64,000 bases of DNA from the human T2T-CHM13v2.0 reference genome, Homo sapiens, in NCBI RefSeq assembly GCF_009914755.1, contig NC_060929.1. One strand, written 5' to 3'. This document shows, piece after piece, positions 1 to 12,523 of the stretch. The notes beneath the pieces were generated by a model. That model was not told the origin of the DNA, searched no databases, and saw only the letters and a list, made by a program, of their open reading frames with translations. The position numbers and the translations under genes were made by a program. Numbering within the stretch: the first letter of the stretch is position 1; the number at the start of each line of letters is the position of its first letter.

Positions 1-1345
1 CTTTTATTAATCATAACTCTTAGAAATCAATTTAAGAAAATATAGTACTTATCTGCATGTATAAAGCCCTGTACAGATAAGCCTAATATCTAGGAGGCCT
101 GTGCTTGGTAGGCTTATCTTGGTAAGTTTATCACATTTATTCATCCTATTATGGAAAAAATACCTTGTCCATTCCTGAATTCTTCCTTTGGTGGACCTCA
201 GTTTTGGGTAGATCTTAGCCTTCAAGGAATCTTTACAGTTGTTCTTCATCTTTCATCTTGAATGTAGTTATTATTCCTAACTCCTTCTTTACAGCTCTAC
301 TTTGCCATTGAGATTTTTTTTTAATTGACAAGAATTCTGCCCTAATTACTTAAATAAGGATTTTCACACTATGTCCAAAAAATTTTTACTGTTGATTCAA
401 ATAATAAATACCAACTCGTCACTTCAAGTCATCCATGCAATTTACTCCTTTTTAAGATAAAAAGAAAAGCAGAAGGAAAAGGAATATTCAGAGTAATCTG
501 CCCATTTCCCTAGAAAGTTTAATAAACAATATACTGAGTTATTTTAGTTTAAAAGATTCTAACCACATTGTATTCCACACAGCCTAGGTGACTCTACAAA
601 AAAACAGAAGTCACTTACAGAGATTCCAAATCAGTATTTTTTACAACTTCTCCTTAGTGTAAAAACATCTTAATTTCTCATGCTTTAAATTTAAGTCTTA
701 GTCCTTATGATTCCAAACCAAGGGATGTACTCATAATCAACAAGCTATGATGGTTTTCTAAGACAGTCTTTCAGGTGTTTTAGAGATACAAAGCTGATAA
801 AGGGCTAACACTAATGACAAGAGTTTCAGTTTAAAATGCACAAATAGCTCACTCCATCAGCACCATGTTGGCTCTGAGAAATTTATACTAGACTTTGAAC
901 TTGTATAACACTCAAAATAAAAAACAAAACCCAAGTTCTCAACAATATCTCCAGATTATTCTTTCTGAGAGTCTTGCTCTGTCACCCAGGCTGGAGTGCA
1001 GTGGCATGAACATGGCTTACTGCAGCCTTGAACTCCTGGGTTCAAACAATCTTCCCACAGCCTCCCAAGTAGCTGGGAATGACTGCAGGCATGAACCACC
1101 AGGCCTGGCTAATTTTTTATAACTTTTTTTTGTAGAGACAAGTGTCACAATGTTGTCCAGACTCCCCTTATCTCAACTACAGTAAAAAGTAACTCTTGAA
1201 ATGTAACCTTTGTGAATTAAAATTTGTTACACATGCACAAGAGTTTTTAAGACAGAGACTTGCTAGGCATGGTGGCATGCACCTGTAGTCCCAGTGACTT
1301 GGGAGGCCAAGGTGCAAGGATTGCTTGGGCCCAGGAGTTGGAGAC

Positions 1346-1721
1346 TGACATGGTTTAGCTGTGTCCCCACCCAAATCTCATCTTGAACTGTAGCTCCCAT
1401 AATTCTCATGTGTTGTGGAAAGGACAGGGTGAGAGATAACTGAATCATGGGGGTGGTTTCCTGCCATACTGTTCTCATGGTAGTGAATAAGTCTCACGAG
1501 ATGTGATAGTTTTATAAGGAGTTTCCCCTTTCGCTTGGGCTCTCATTCTTTCTTGCCTGCCGCCACCATGTAAGACATCCCTTTGCTTTTCCTTCATCTT
1601 CCACCATGATTGTGAGGTCTCCACAACCATGTGGAACTGTGAGTCAATTAAACCTCTTTCCTTTATAAATTGCCCAGTCTCGGCTATGTCTTTATTAGCA
1701 GCATGAGAACAGACAAATGCA
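1346..1721 (+). mobile_element. THE1 (MaLR) solo LTR, THE1C-like, inserted into an Alu monomer
   Basis: TGACATGGTTTAGCTGTGTCCCCACCCAAATCTCATCTTG...CA termini; 5-bp TSD GAGAC at 1341-1345 and 1722-1726. Confidence 0.9.
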
Positions 1722-2318
1722 GAGACCATCCTGGGCAACAGAGCAAGAGCTCATCTCAAAAACAAAACAAAACCCAGACACTATAGGACTAAATTTTTTA
1801 TAAAACCCCAAAACTATAGCTGTATGCTTAAGAAACATACCTACAACAAAACCAAATAGGAACACTGAAAATAAAGTTATGGGAAAGATATATCAGACAA
1901 ACACCAACTCCCAAAATAGCTCATTAGCAATATTAATACATACAAATTACTTAAGGCAAAATAAGTAAATAGGATGATAAAGAAGGAAAGCAATTCACCA
2001 AGAATATTAAAATTCCTGAACTTGTATATACCTTTGAAATACGTAAATTATATCTAACTTTGCATATGTTTGCAATAGAATTATTTTTATAATTATATAT
2101 TTATATATAGCTATAGATAGCTTTCAAATATGGCTTTGAAATATTTAAATGTAAGTCAGAATTATATAGACAAATGGACAAAATCTGCAATCATAGATTT
2201 TAACATTTCCATCAGAAATTGATATACTAGCCAGGCTTACACCTGTAATCCCAGCACTTTGGGAGGCTGAGGTTGGAGGATCACATGAGCCCAAGAGTTT
2301 TGAGACTAGCCTGTGTAA

Positions 2319-2754
<436 letters not shown>

Positions 2755-3583
2755 TGAGCTGTGATACCATCACTGCAATCCAGGCTTGGTGAGACAGCAA
2801 GACCCTGTCTCAAAAAGACAAAAAAAAGTTGATATATAAAACAACCTAGAAATTAGTAAGAATACAGAATAAAGAACACAAAATTTAAGTCTTTTTTTTT
2901 TTTTAAATAAAAAAGGGTTTCACTTTGTCACCCAGGCAGGAGTGCAGTGGCACAAATACAAAACACTATAGCCTCAACTTCCTGGGCTCAAGTGATTCTC
3001 CCGCCTCAGCCCCCCAGGTAGCTGAAGACCACAGGCATGCAGGCACGCACCATCACGTCTGGCTAATTTTTGTACTTTTTGTAGAGATGGGGTTTCGCCA
3101 TGTTGGCCGGGCTGGTCTCGAACTCCTGACCTCAAGTGATCCACCCATCTCAGCCTCCTAAAGTGCTGGGATTACAGGTGTGAGCCACTGCACCTGGCCT
3201 AAAATCTCACTCTAAAGATATATACAGATCTCTCAACCCAACAAAGAGGGATTCAAAGAGTTAATATAGTATATAGAGAGTAACAGGATGGACTCAAAGA
3301 AACTAACTTCCAATCCTGGTTCTGCCATTTACTAGCTAAGCAAACCTTATACAAGTTACTTAATCACTTAAGTCTGGTTTTTCCTCTATAAAATAGGTAT
3401 TAATTGAAAATTTTAAAATTTACCCCTATAATTTTGTAAGAAAATAAAATTACTAAGCATAGCAAGGACTTTCTCTGACCCAAGAATACTGTGTTTTCTA
3501 ACAACATCTATGAAACATTACTAACAGGAGAACATGTTAGCTTTCAGTAGGGGAAAGCAAATCCTAGAACCAAAAATATTTAA

Positions 3584-3853
<270 letters not shown>

Positions 3854-4077
3854 TAAAGTGCTGGGATTACAGGAGTGAGCCACCGCACCTGGCCATAAGT
3901 AAATATTTTAGAACTCTCCTTTTAGTACATGAAATGAAATTCAAATTTATGATATACTTAATTACAAAAAAAGTCTAACTGCAATATAAAGGAGAAACAA
4001 AATGAAAGTAATTTGTAATATATATAAGTATGCAAACAAAACAATACTAGAAAACATAAAATATTCATAAGTAGAAT

Positions 4078-4124
4078 CACTGACAGTGGCAGCTATGAAC
4101 AAAATCTTCCATATATTCCCATAG
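4078..4124 (+). promoter_or_regulatory. Putative 3' splice site just upstream of the ZRSR2 retrocopy
   Basis: Branch-like CACTGAC 4078-4084, AG-free stretch 4093-4122, pyrimidine-rich tcttccatatattcccatag|G. Confidence 0.55.
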
Positions 4125-4134
4125 GTTAAGAATG

Positions 4135-5639
4135 TCTGAGGGGTCAGGCGGTGCTGGCAAGATGGCTGCACTTGAGAAGATGACGTTTCCCAAGAAGATG
4201 ACATTTCCAGAGAAACCAAGCCACAAAAAGTACAGGGCCGCCCTGAAGAAGGAGAAACGAAAGAAACGTCGGCAGGAACTTGCTCGACTGAGAGACTCAG
4301 GACTCTCACAGGAGGAGGAAGAGGACACTTTTATTGAAGAACAACAACTAGAAGAAGAGAAGCTATTGGAAAGAGAGAGGGAAAGATTACATGAGGAGTG
4401 GTTGCTGAGGGAGCAGAAGGCACAAGAAGAATTCAGAATAAAGAAGGAAAAGGAAGAGGCGGCTAAAAAATGGCTAGAAGAACAAGAGAGAAAGTTAAAG
4501 GAACAATGGAAAGAACAGCAGAGGAAAGAGAGAGAAGAGGAGGAGCAGAAACAACAGGAGAAGAAAGAAAAAGAGGAAGCTGTGCAGAAGATGCTGGATC
4601 AGGCTGAAAATGATTTAGAAAATAGTACCACATGGCAAAACCCAGAACCACCCGTGGATTTCAGAGTAATGGAGAAGGATCGAGCTAATTGTCCCTTCTA
4701 CAGTAAAACAGGAGCTTGCAGATTTGGAGACAGATGTTCACGTAAACATAATTTCCCAACATCTAGTCCTACCCTTCTTATTAAGAGCATGTTTACAACG
4801 TTTGGAATGGAGCAGTGCAGGAGGGATGACTATGACCCTGACGCAAGCCTGGAGTACAGCGAGGAAGAAACCTACCAACAGTTCCTAGATTTCTATGAGG
4901 ATGTGTTGCCCGAGTTCAAGAACGTGGGGAAAGTGATTCAGTTCAAGGTCAGCTGCAATTTGGAACCTCACCTGAGGGGCAATGTATATGTTCAGTACCA
5001 GTCGGAAGAAGAATGCCAAGCAGCCCTTTCTCTGTTTAACGGACGATGGTATGCAGGACGACAGCTGCAATGTGAATTCTGCCCAGTGACCCGGTGGAAA
5101 ATGGCGATTTGTGGTTTATTTGAAATACAACAATGTCCAAGAGGAAAACACTGCAACTTTCTTCATGTGTTCAGAAATCCCAACAATGAATTCTGGGAAG
5201 CTAATAGAGACATCTACTTGTCTTCAGATCAGACTGGCTCCTCCTTTGGCAAGAACTCCGAGAGGAGGGAGAAGATGGGCCACCACGACCACTACTACAG
5301 CAGGCAGCGGGGAAGGAGAAACCCTAGTCCAGACCACACCTACAAAAGAAATGGGGAATCCGAGAGAAAAAAGAGTAGTCATAGGGGGAAGAAATCTCAC
5401 AAACGCACATCAAAGAGTCGGGAGAGGCACAATTCACCAAGCAGAGGAAGAAATAGGCACCGCAGCTGGGACCAGGGCCGCCGGAGCCAGAGCCGCAGGA
5501 GCCACCGCAGCCGGAGCCAAAGTTCCTCTAGGTGCCGAAGTCGTGGGAGGAGGAAGTCGGGTAATAGAGACAGAACTGTTCAGAGTCCCCAATCCAAATA
5601 AACTAGTTTTGTTCTTAAAAAAAAAAAAAAAAAAAAAAA
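4135..5639 (+). pseudogene. ZRSR2P1: Processed retrocopy of ZRSR2 (ZRSR2P1, formerly ZRSR1/U2AF1L1), antisense within REEP5 intron 3
   Basis: Intronless; AATAAA 5597-5602 followed by an A-tract 5617-5639; TSD AAGAATG at 4128-4134 and 5638-5644; L1-endonuclease-type TT|AAGA site. Confidence 0.92.
4162..5601 (+). CDS. ZRSR1: Intact ORF of U2AF35-related splicing factor ZRSR1 (479 aa from ATG 4162; 489 aa from ATG 4132)
   Basis: No stops or frameshifts; Glu/Lys-rich coiled coil, CCCH finger (4690-4749), UHM/RRM (RGNVYVQY, NGRWYAGR), second CCCH finger (5110-5166), RS-rich tail; strong Kozak caagATGG. Translation in vivo cannot be shown from sequence. Confidence 0.7.
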   Translation: MAALEKMTFPKKMTFPEKPSHKKYRAALKKEKRKKRRQELARLRDSGLSQEEEEDTFIEEQQLEEEKLLERERERLHEEWLLREQKAQEEFRIKKEKEEAAKKWLEEQERKLKEQWKEQQRKEREEEEQKQQEKKEKEEAVQKMLDQAENDLENSTTWQNPEPPVDFRVMEKDRANCPFYSKTGACRFGDRCSRKHNFPTSSPTLLIKSMFTTFGMEQCRRDDYDPDASLEYSEEETYQQFLDFYEDVLPEFKNVGKVIQFKVSCNLEPHLRGNVYVQYQSEEECQAALSLFNGRWYAGRQLQCEFCPVTRWKMAICGLFEIQQCPRGKHCNFLHVFRNPNNEFWEANRDIYLSSDQTGSSFGKNSERREKMGHHDHYYSRQRGRRNPSPDHTYKRNGESERKKSSHRGKKSHKRTSKSRERHNSPSRGRNRHRSWDQGRRSQSRRSHRSRSQSSSRCRSRGRRKSGNRDRTVQSPQSK

Positions 5640-5690
5640 GAATGGACCAGGCCAGGTATAGTGGCTCACACCTGTAATCCCAGCACTTTA

Positions 5691-6024
<334 letters not shown>

Positions 6025-7478
6025 TTATGATTTTAAGCCAGGCCTCTCTTCACCTTTCCTATTCCTTACATTTAAAGACTCCAAAGCTTGTTTACTGAGC
6101 ACAGATCTTGGAAAACAGGATCTTCAGACTTGGGAAAGCATGACAGTAGATGATGGAAAGGTAAAGACTCAGACTAGCATCTAGTAGTCTCGCTACACAT
6201 GGATAGTAATGCTACGTGCATGAATGTGCAATCATGCAAAAACTCAAATCAGCCTTCTGCACACACACAATGGTAGACTAAGACCTTCTGTTAAAGGTCC
6301 AAGCACTCCAAGGAAGCCAGCGCCTTGAGGTACCCTCAGTATGTGCAAGTAGTTCGATGTTACTCTTAGTTTTCCCAGCAACTCTGCTCTAGCATGCCCT
6401 AAGTTTAGCCAGCAGCAGATCTTACTGAATTATAAGATGTTGCCAGAGGTTCAGAACCTTGGTTTTTTTGAGATACGCATTTGCATTGACCCAAAATGGA
6501 GAATTAAATGACTGTATTTTTCACTGGCATTAGCTTTGTTTCCTTGGCATAGTGCCAGTTAATTACAGCAGACCCTGCAAGACCACCTCTCTAGTTATTT
6601 CCCTGTGGAAGCCTTTTGGTTGGTTTTGTTTTTTTGGTTTTTTTTGTTTTTTTTTTTTTTTTTGAGACGGAGTCTTGCTCTGTTGCCAGGCGGGAGTGCA
6701 GTGGCGTGATCAGCTCACTGCAACCTCCGCCTCCCAGATTCAAGTGATTCCCCTGCCTCAACCTCTCGAGTAGCTGGTACTACAGGCGCATGCCACCGTG
6801 CCCAGCTAATTTTTTGTATTTTAGTAGAGACAGGGTTTCACCATGTTGGCCAGGATGGTCTTGATCTGACCTCGTGAGCTGCCCACCTTGGCCTCCTAAT
6901 GTGCTTAGGATTATAGGCGTGAGCCACTGCACCCTGCTGCCTTTTGGTTTTTAATATCCAAAATTCATACAATGTTTTACTGTAGTTGCTTATATAGGAA
7001 AAGCTATACATCCCCAAAATGCAATACAACATTATGATATGCAGGAAATGTCTTGAGTAACATTTTTGACAGAATATCAGAATCCTTGGTGGACATTTTG
7101 AAGAATATGCAGAGCATCACAGGGGATGTGCTATGTATTCCTGCACACAGAGCAATTGTTACTTACTATATTAACTATTTGGAGAGCAGCAAGTGTTTTT
7201 AGCATCTAACATCCTAACATGATATTTGTTATATATAGGTATTTTGCTGTATTTTATTAATACTTAGTGAATTCGTTGAGTTTTACATTGACATGTAATA
7301 CATTAAAATTTTTCCCACTTAAAATAGTGGAAAATAAGCTTCTGCATAGAATGTATTCCTACATAGAATATCTGATTTTCAGAAATGGATTATCAAGAGA
7401 GAGACAGATGTCCATATTAAAACCAGAGCATTAAGGTGAAGTGAAAATGACTCATTGGATTAAGAATCAGGAGAGGTG

Positions 7479-7817
<339 letters not shown>

Positions 7818-8892
7818 TTAGGCAAATCAACCTAAGAGACAGTTTTCTCTTCTGCAGAGTTTTAGGAAAGTCACAAATTAATGTACTTGAAGAAAGTGTA
7901 CAATAGAATAGTAGTATTACCAAATCCTAAAGTTCTTATTGTGGAAAATCTCTGAAATATTACCTGCCTATGTAGATGCCAACCCTTCAGCAATCCAGAC
8001 AAGCTTATTATCTTTTCTGGATGAATTAAGTGTCCACAGTTTTGTACCTCTTCAATGTGATTACTTTGTAGGCTAGACTGCAGACTGTTAATTGACTACT
8101 TTCTGGTACCCTCTAGCTATTGTCTTGAGACAGTAAAATAATTACTGCTCTCTAGCTACATCCTTAGCATTTTCCTGTTCTGAAATGAAATCATTTTCTT
8201 ATGTTAAAAATAAAGTTAATTACTGTTCAACTCCCAAGGTGATATTCAGCTGCCACCTCTTACAACCCTCTCTTCTTAATCTGTGTAACTATTCTACAGC
8301 CCAGGAATAGCCTGAGTTTATTAAAGTCACCCACACAGATCTGGCTCTTTTCAATCAAGCTGCCCTCAAAGTGCCAGCTGATGATACTCCCAAGGAGACT
8401 CACAAGCCCACTGCTGCCTGCAGTTCAGACAGAGTCCATGCTATTTTAACTGGACTCTTGGCACTATTAGCACTGACACAATGACTCCTTAAATTACGAA
8501 TTACAACAGGCCATTCTATTCCGTCTGTGCTTCTAATGCTGTCACCATGTGATTTTCCCCCAGAAGAGATATTTCCCAGGTAGGGGTATGCTTAACATGC
8601 AGTTACGGAACTGAGAGTTAATGTCAGAAGAAAGCTTTTGCAGTGTAGCCACAGAATAGTTACAGGCTACATTGCTCAGCATGCACAAATAAAAGCTTAA
8701 AAGAACGTGTTAAAGGAAAGATTTCCCTGTCTTTTTAGCCTCCTACGAACATTAAGAAGAAAAATGTTGCGAGGCACAGTGGCTTACGCCTGTAATCCTA
8801 GCACTCTGGGAGGCTGAGGTGTCCAAGAGGATCACCTGAGGTCAGGAGTTTGAGACCAGCCTGGCCAACATGGTGAAACCCCATCTCTACTA

Positions 8893-9015
<123 letters not shown>

Positions 9016-9880
9016 TCACTCCACTCCAGCCTGAGTGAAATAGCGAAACTCCATCTCAAAAAAAAGAAAAAAGAAAAGAAAAATGTTATATTCTCTGTCA
9101 ATGGGTGAAATAGCACAGGTGACAATTCAGGTCAGGACCTAATCTTGCCAGAGTTTACTCAACCTTGTTCTAAAAATAAATCTAGCCAGGCCTGGTGGCT
9201 CACGCCTGTAATTGCAGCACTTCGGGAGGCTGAGGTGGGTGGATCACAAGGTCAGGAGTTGAGACCAGCCTGGCCAACATGGTGAAACCCCGTCTCTACT
9301 AAAAATACAAAAATTAGCCGGGCGTGGTTGTGCACCTGTAGTCCCAGCTACTCGGGAGGCTGAGACAGGAGAATCACTTGAACCTGGGAAAGAGGTTACA
9401 GTGAGCAGAGGTCACGCCACTGCACTCCAGCCTGGGCGACAGAGCAAGACTCCGTCTCAAAAAAAGTAAAGTAAATCTAGAAAATGATTTAAATGAAGGT
9501 AAACAGAGGATACAAAGATATTAATTGCAGCATTATGTATAATCGCATGACAAATGTCCTCAATGTCTTTCAATTGGGAAGTAGGTAAATTATCAATAAC
9601 ATTAGATAGCTATGTCAAAAAATACTGAATAACATGAGAAAATACTCAGAATACTGTGTTAATTGAAAAAAGCAAGACACAGAATTATATATCATATGTG
9701 ATCTAAGCCACACATATGTTAAGACAGCAATACATACATATATATATACACATACACACAGAGTTCTGTTTTTATTTATATACACAGACCAATATATTTG
9801 CACATTTTAAAAAATAGGAAGACTACTCTAAGATGTAGGATTACAAATGTTATTTTCCTCCCTACATAAAACACATCCCA

Positions 9881-9881
<1 letters not shown>

Positions 9882-9927
<46 letters not shown>
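9882..9927. repeat. (CA)23 microsatellite
   Basis: Uninterrupted CA run. Confidence 0.95.
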
Positions 9928-9929
<2 letters not shown>

Positions 9930-10244
9930 TGTAAACAGTAGGACAACAAGGACTTTGTTTTATTCGCCAAAGTATCTCCCAGATGTAGAACAGAATCTGG
10001 CACATGGAGGTTCTAAATAAATCTGCTGAATAAAGGAATGAGCATATGTAAATTTCATAATCAAGAAAAAAAGCTTTTAAATTTATTTTTAAACCCTCTT
10101 GCTCAAGGCCAGATGTCAGAGCAAAGCTCAGAATATGCATGATCCAATTTCTACCTAAATACATCATATATTATCTTCTCAACTAAGCTTTGATGCCAAG
10201 CCATTGGCTCCTTTTATTTTCCTCCAATCTTATCAGCTGCTTTA

Positions 10245-10689
<445 letters not shown>

Positions 10690-10732
10690 CTAGTCCCTAA
10701 AATTCAATACTCTCCTGAACCTTCTCCTACAG

Positions 10733-10900
10733 ACGAGACTCTGCAATTCAGAGGCCTCTTCTCAGTCTGTTCACTAGGTCATTCAGAGTATGCCACTAAT
10801 GTAGGAAGAAAGTATTTTGATTGACAGCATCATGAATGTTTAATCCTTTCAAGTATGTTATCTATTTGGAATGTATGCAATAAATTCACTTTCATGAACA
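10733..10900 (+). other. Putative plus-strand alternative terminal exon (probably of SRP19, outside the window)
   Basis: Acceptor tctcctgaaccttctcctacag| at 10732; frame TRLCNSEASSQSVH-stop (10733-10777); AATAAA 10879-10884; SRP19 link is from recalled locus organisation. Confidence 0.4.
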
Positions 10901-12298
10901 CTATGATGCCATGCAGCTGGAGACTACTAATGGATGCACATTCATTTTACCATTAGGGAAGAAAGTCTGCTACAAAGCAATATTTTAAATGAACTTCAAA
11001 ACCAAATATAAATGATTCAGTGACTACCATTTATTTTGGATCTTCTCTCTACCTCTCTGTGAACTCCATTAGCAGAGGTGATTAGGAGTAGGCTAGAAGT
11101 CAAGCTTGCTCACATTTGGAAGTCTGAGGTCAGAACTACTGCAAGTAGTTCTGCTGACAAGATAGTGTTCACTGCCACAAGCAAGTGGGCCCAAAGCAAA
11201 AGCCAATTTCTTTCCACTAAAGACTACTGTGAGGTCCCTACGATTAGATGGATCTTATTAAGGGCTTTAAAATTATCTGAAGTTTAAATTATGTCATGTC
11301 CAAATTAAAGATTGTAAGAATATTTTTATAAATGTTAAATGACTTTGAATAATAAAAACAAAAAAATCCAATCTTTGAAATCAACTCTTTCCACAGACCA
11401 ATTTTTATTTTCTTCCATCAGTTTTGAAAGGAAAATTCTTAATTGCCTTACAAGGCATTCTGTGGTGAAGTCATTCAAAAATATAAAAGAATCTATACTG
11501 AGCATGTTTTCATTTAATTTTTTAAACTTTAAAAGACACTCACTTCATATAGTGTCTTGTCTTTTTTCTTTTTTAACCATAAATGGTGTGATACTGTATT
11601 TAATGTTCTATTACTTTTTTTCTTTTTCGAGACAGGGTCTCACTCTGTCACCCAGGCTAGAGTGCAGTTGGGTGATCATTGCTTATTGTAGCCTTGAACT
11701 CCTGGGCTCAAACCATCCTCCCACCTCAGCCTCCTGAGCAGATGGGACCACAGGCATGCACCACCATGCCTGGCATTTGTTTTTTGGTTTTCGGTTTTTT
11801 TTTTTTTGGTCAACATGCTGTGATCTGGGAGCCTGGTTAATTTTTAAATTTGTGTGTGTGGAGACAGGGTCTCACCATGTTGCCCAGGATGGTGTCAAAC
11901 TCCTGGCCTCAAGCAGTCCTTCTGCCTTGGCCTCCGAGTATGCTGGGATTACAGGCAAAAGCTAGCACAACTGTCCTGTATAACTTTTCATAATTACTAA
12001 ATTATGCAAAAATTTCTGGGTCTGTACATATGGATCTATTTCATTCCATTTAACTGTATGGATATACTATTAATTGAATGAACCATTTACCTGCTGATGG
12101 ACATTTCTGTTTATAATGTTTACATTATGCAGTTCATATTATATACAGTTGACAACAAAAAATGCTGCCATGAATATCTTTGTGCAGCTCTTTAATGCAC
12201 AGTGACTATTTCCTTAGAATTGTTAAGAGTATCATTTTTCAATTCAACAAGAAATGGTTAAAAGGTCCCTTAAAAAGGTTATTCAAGTTTATACCACT

Positions 12299-12523
12299 AG
12301 GCTGTTAAGTATCCCTTATGTGAAATGCTTGGGACTAAAAGTGTTTCGGGTTTCACATTTATTCAGATTTTGGAATATGTACATTATACCAACTGAGCAT
12401 ACCAAATCAGAAACTCTAAAATCTAAATGCTCCAATGAGCATTTCCTTTGATCATTATGTGGGCACTCAAAAAGTTTGGGGTTTTAAAGCATTTAGGATT
12501 TCCAATTTCAGATGTTCAGCCTG
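12299..12523. mobile_element. Tigger4a/MER46-like non-autonomous DNA transposon
   Basis: GTATCCCTTATGTGAAATGCTTGGGAC...AAATGCTCCAATGAGCATTTCCTTTGA...CAGCCTGTA with terminal inverted-repeat remnants. Confidence 0.75.

Noticed and set aside
5111-5677. 188-aa alternative-frame ORF overlapping the retrocopy 3' end
   Set aside because: Non-ATG start, low-complexity shadow of the RS region, and it runs through the A tail into an Alu.
9882-9927. (CA)n repeat as the MSI marker D5S346
   Set aside because: As I recall, D5S346 lies at the REEP5 3' end, outside this window; this repeat is in intron 3.
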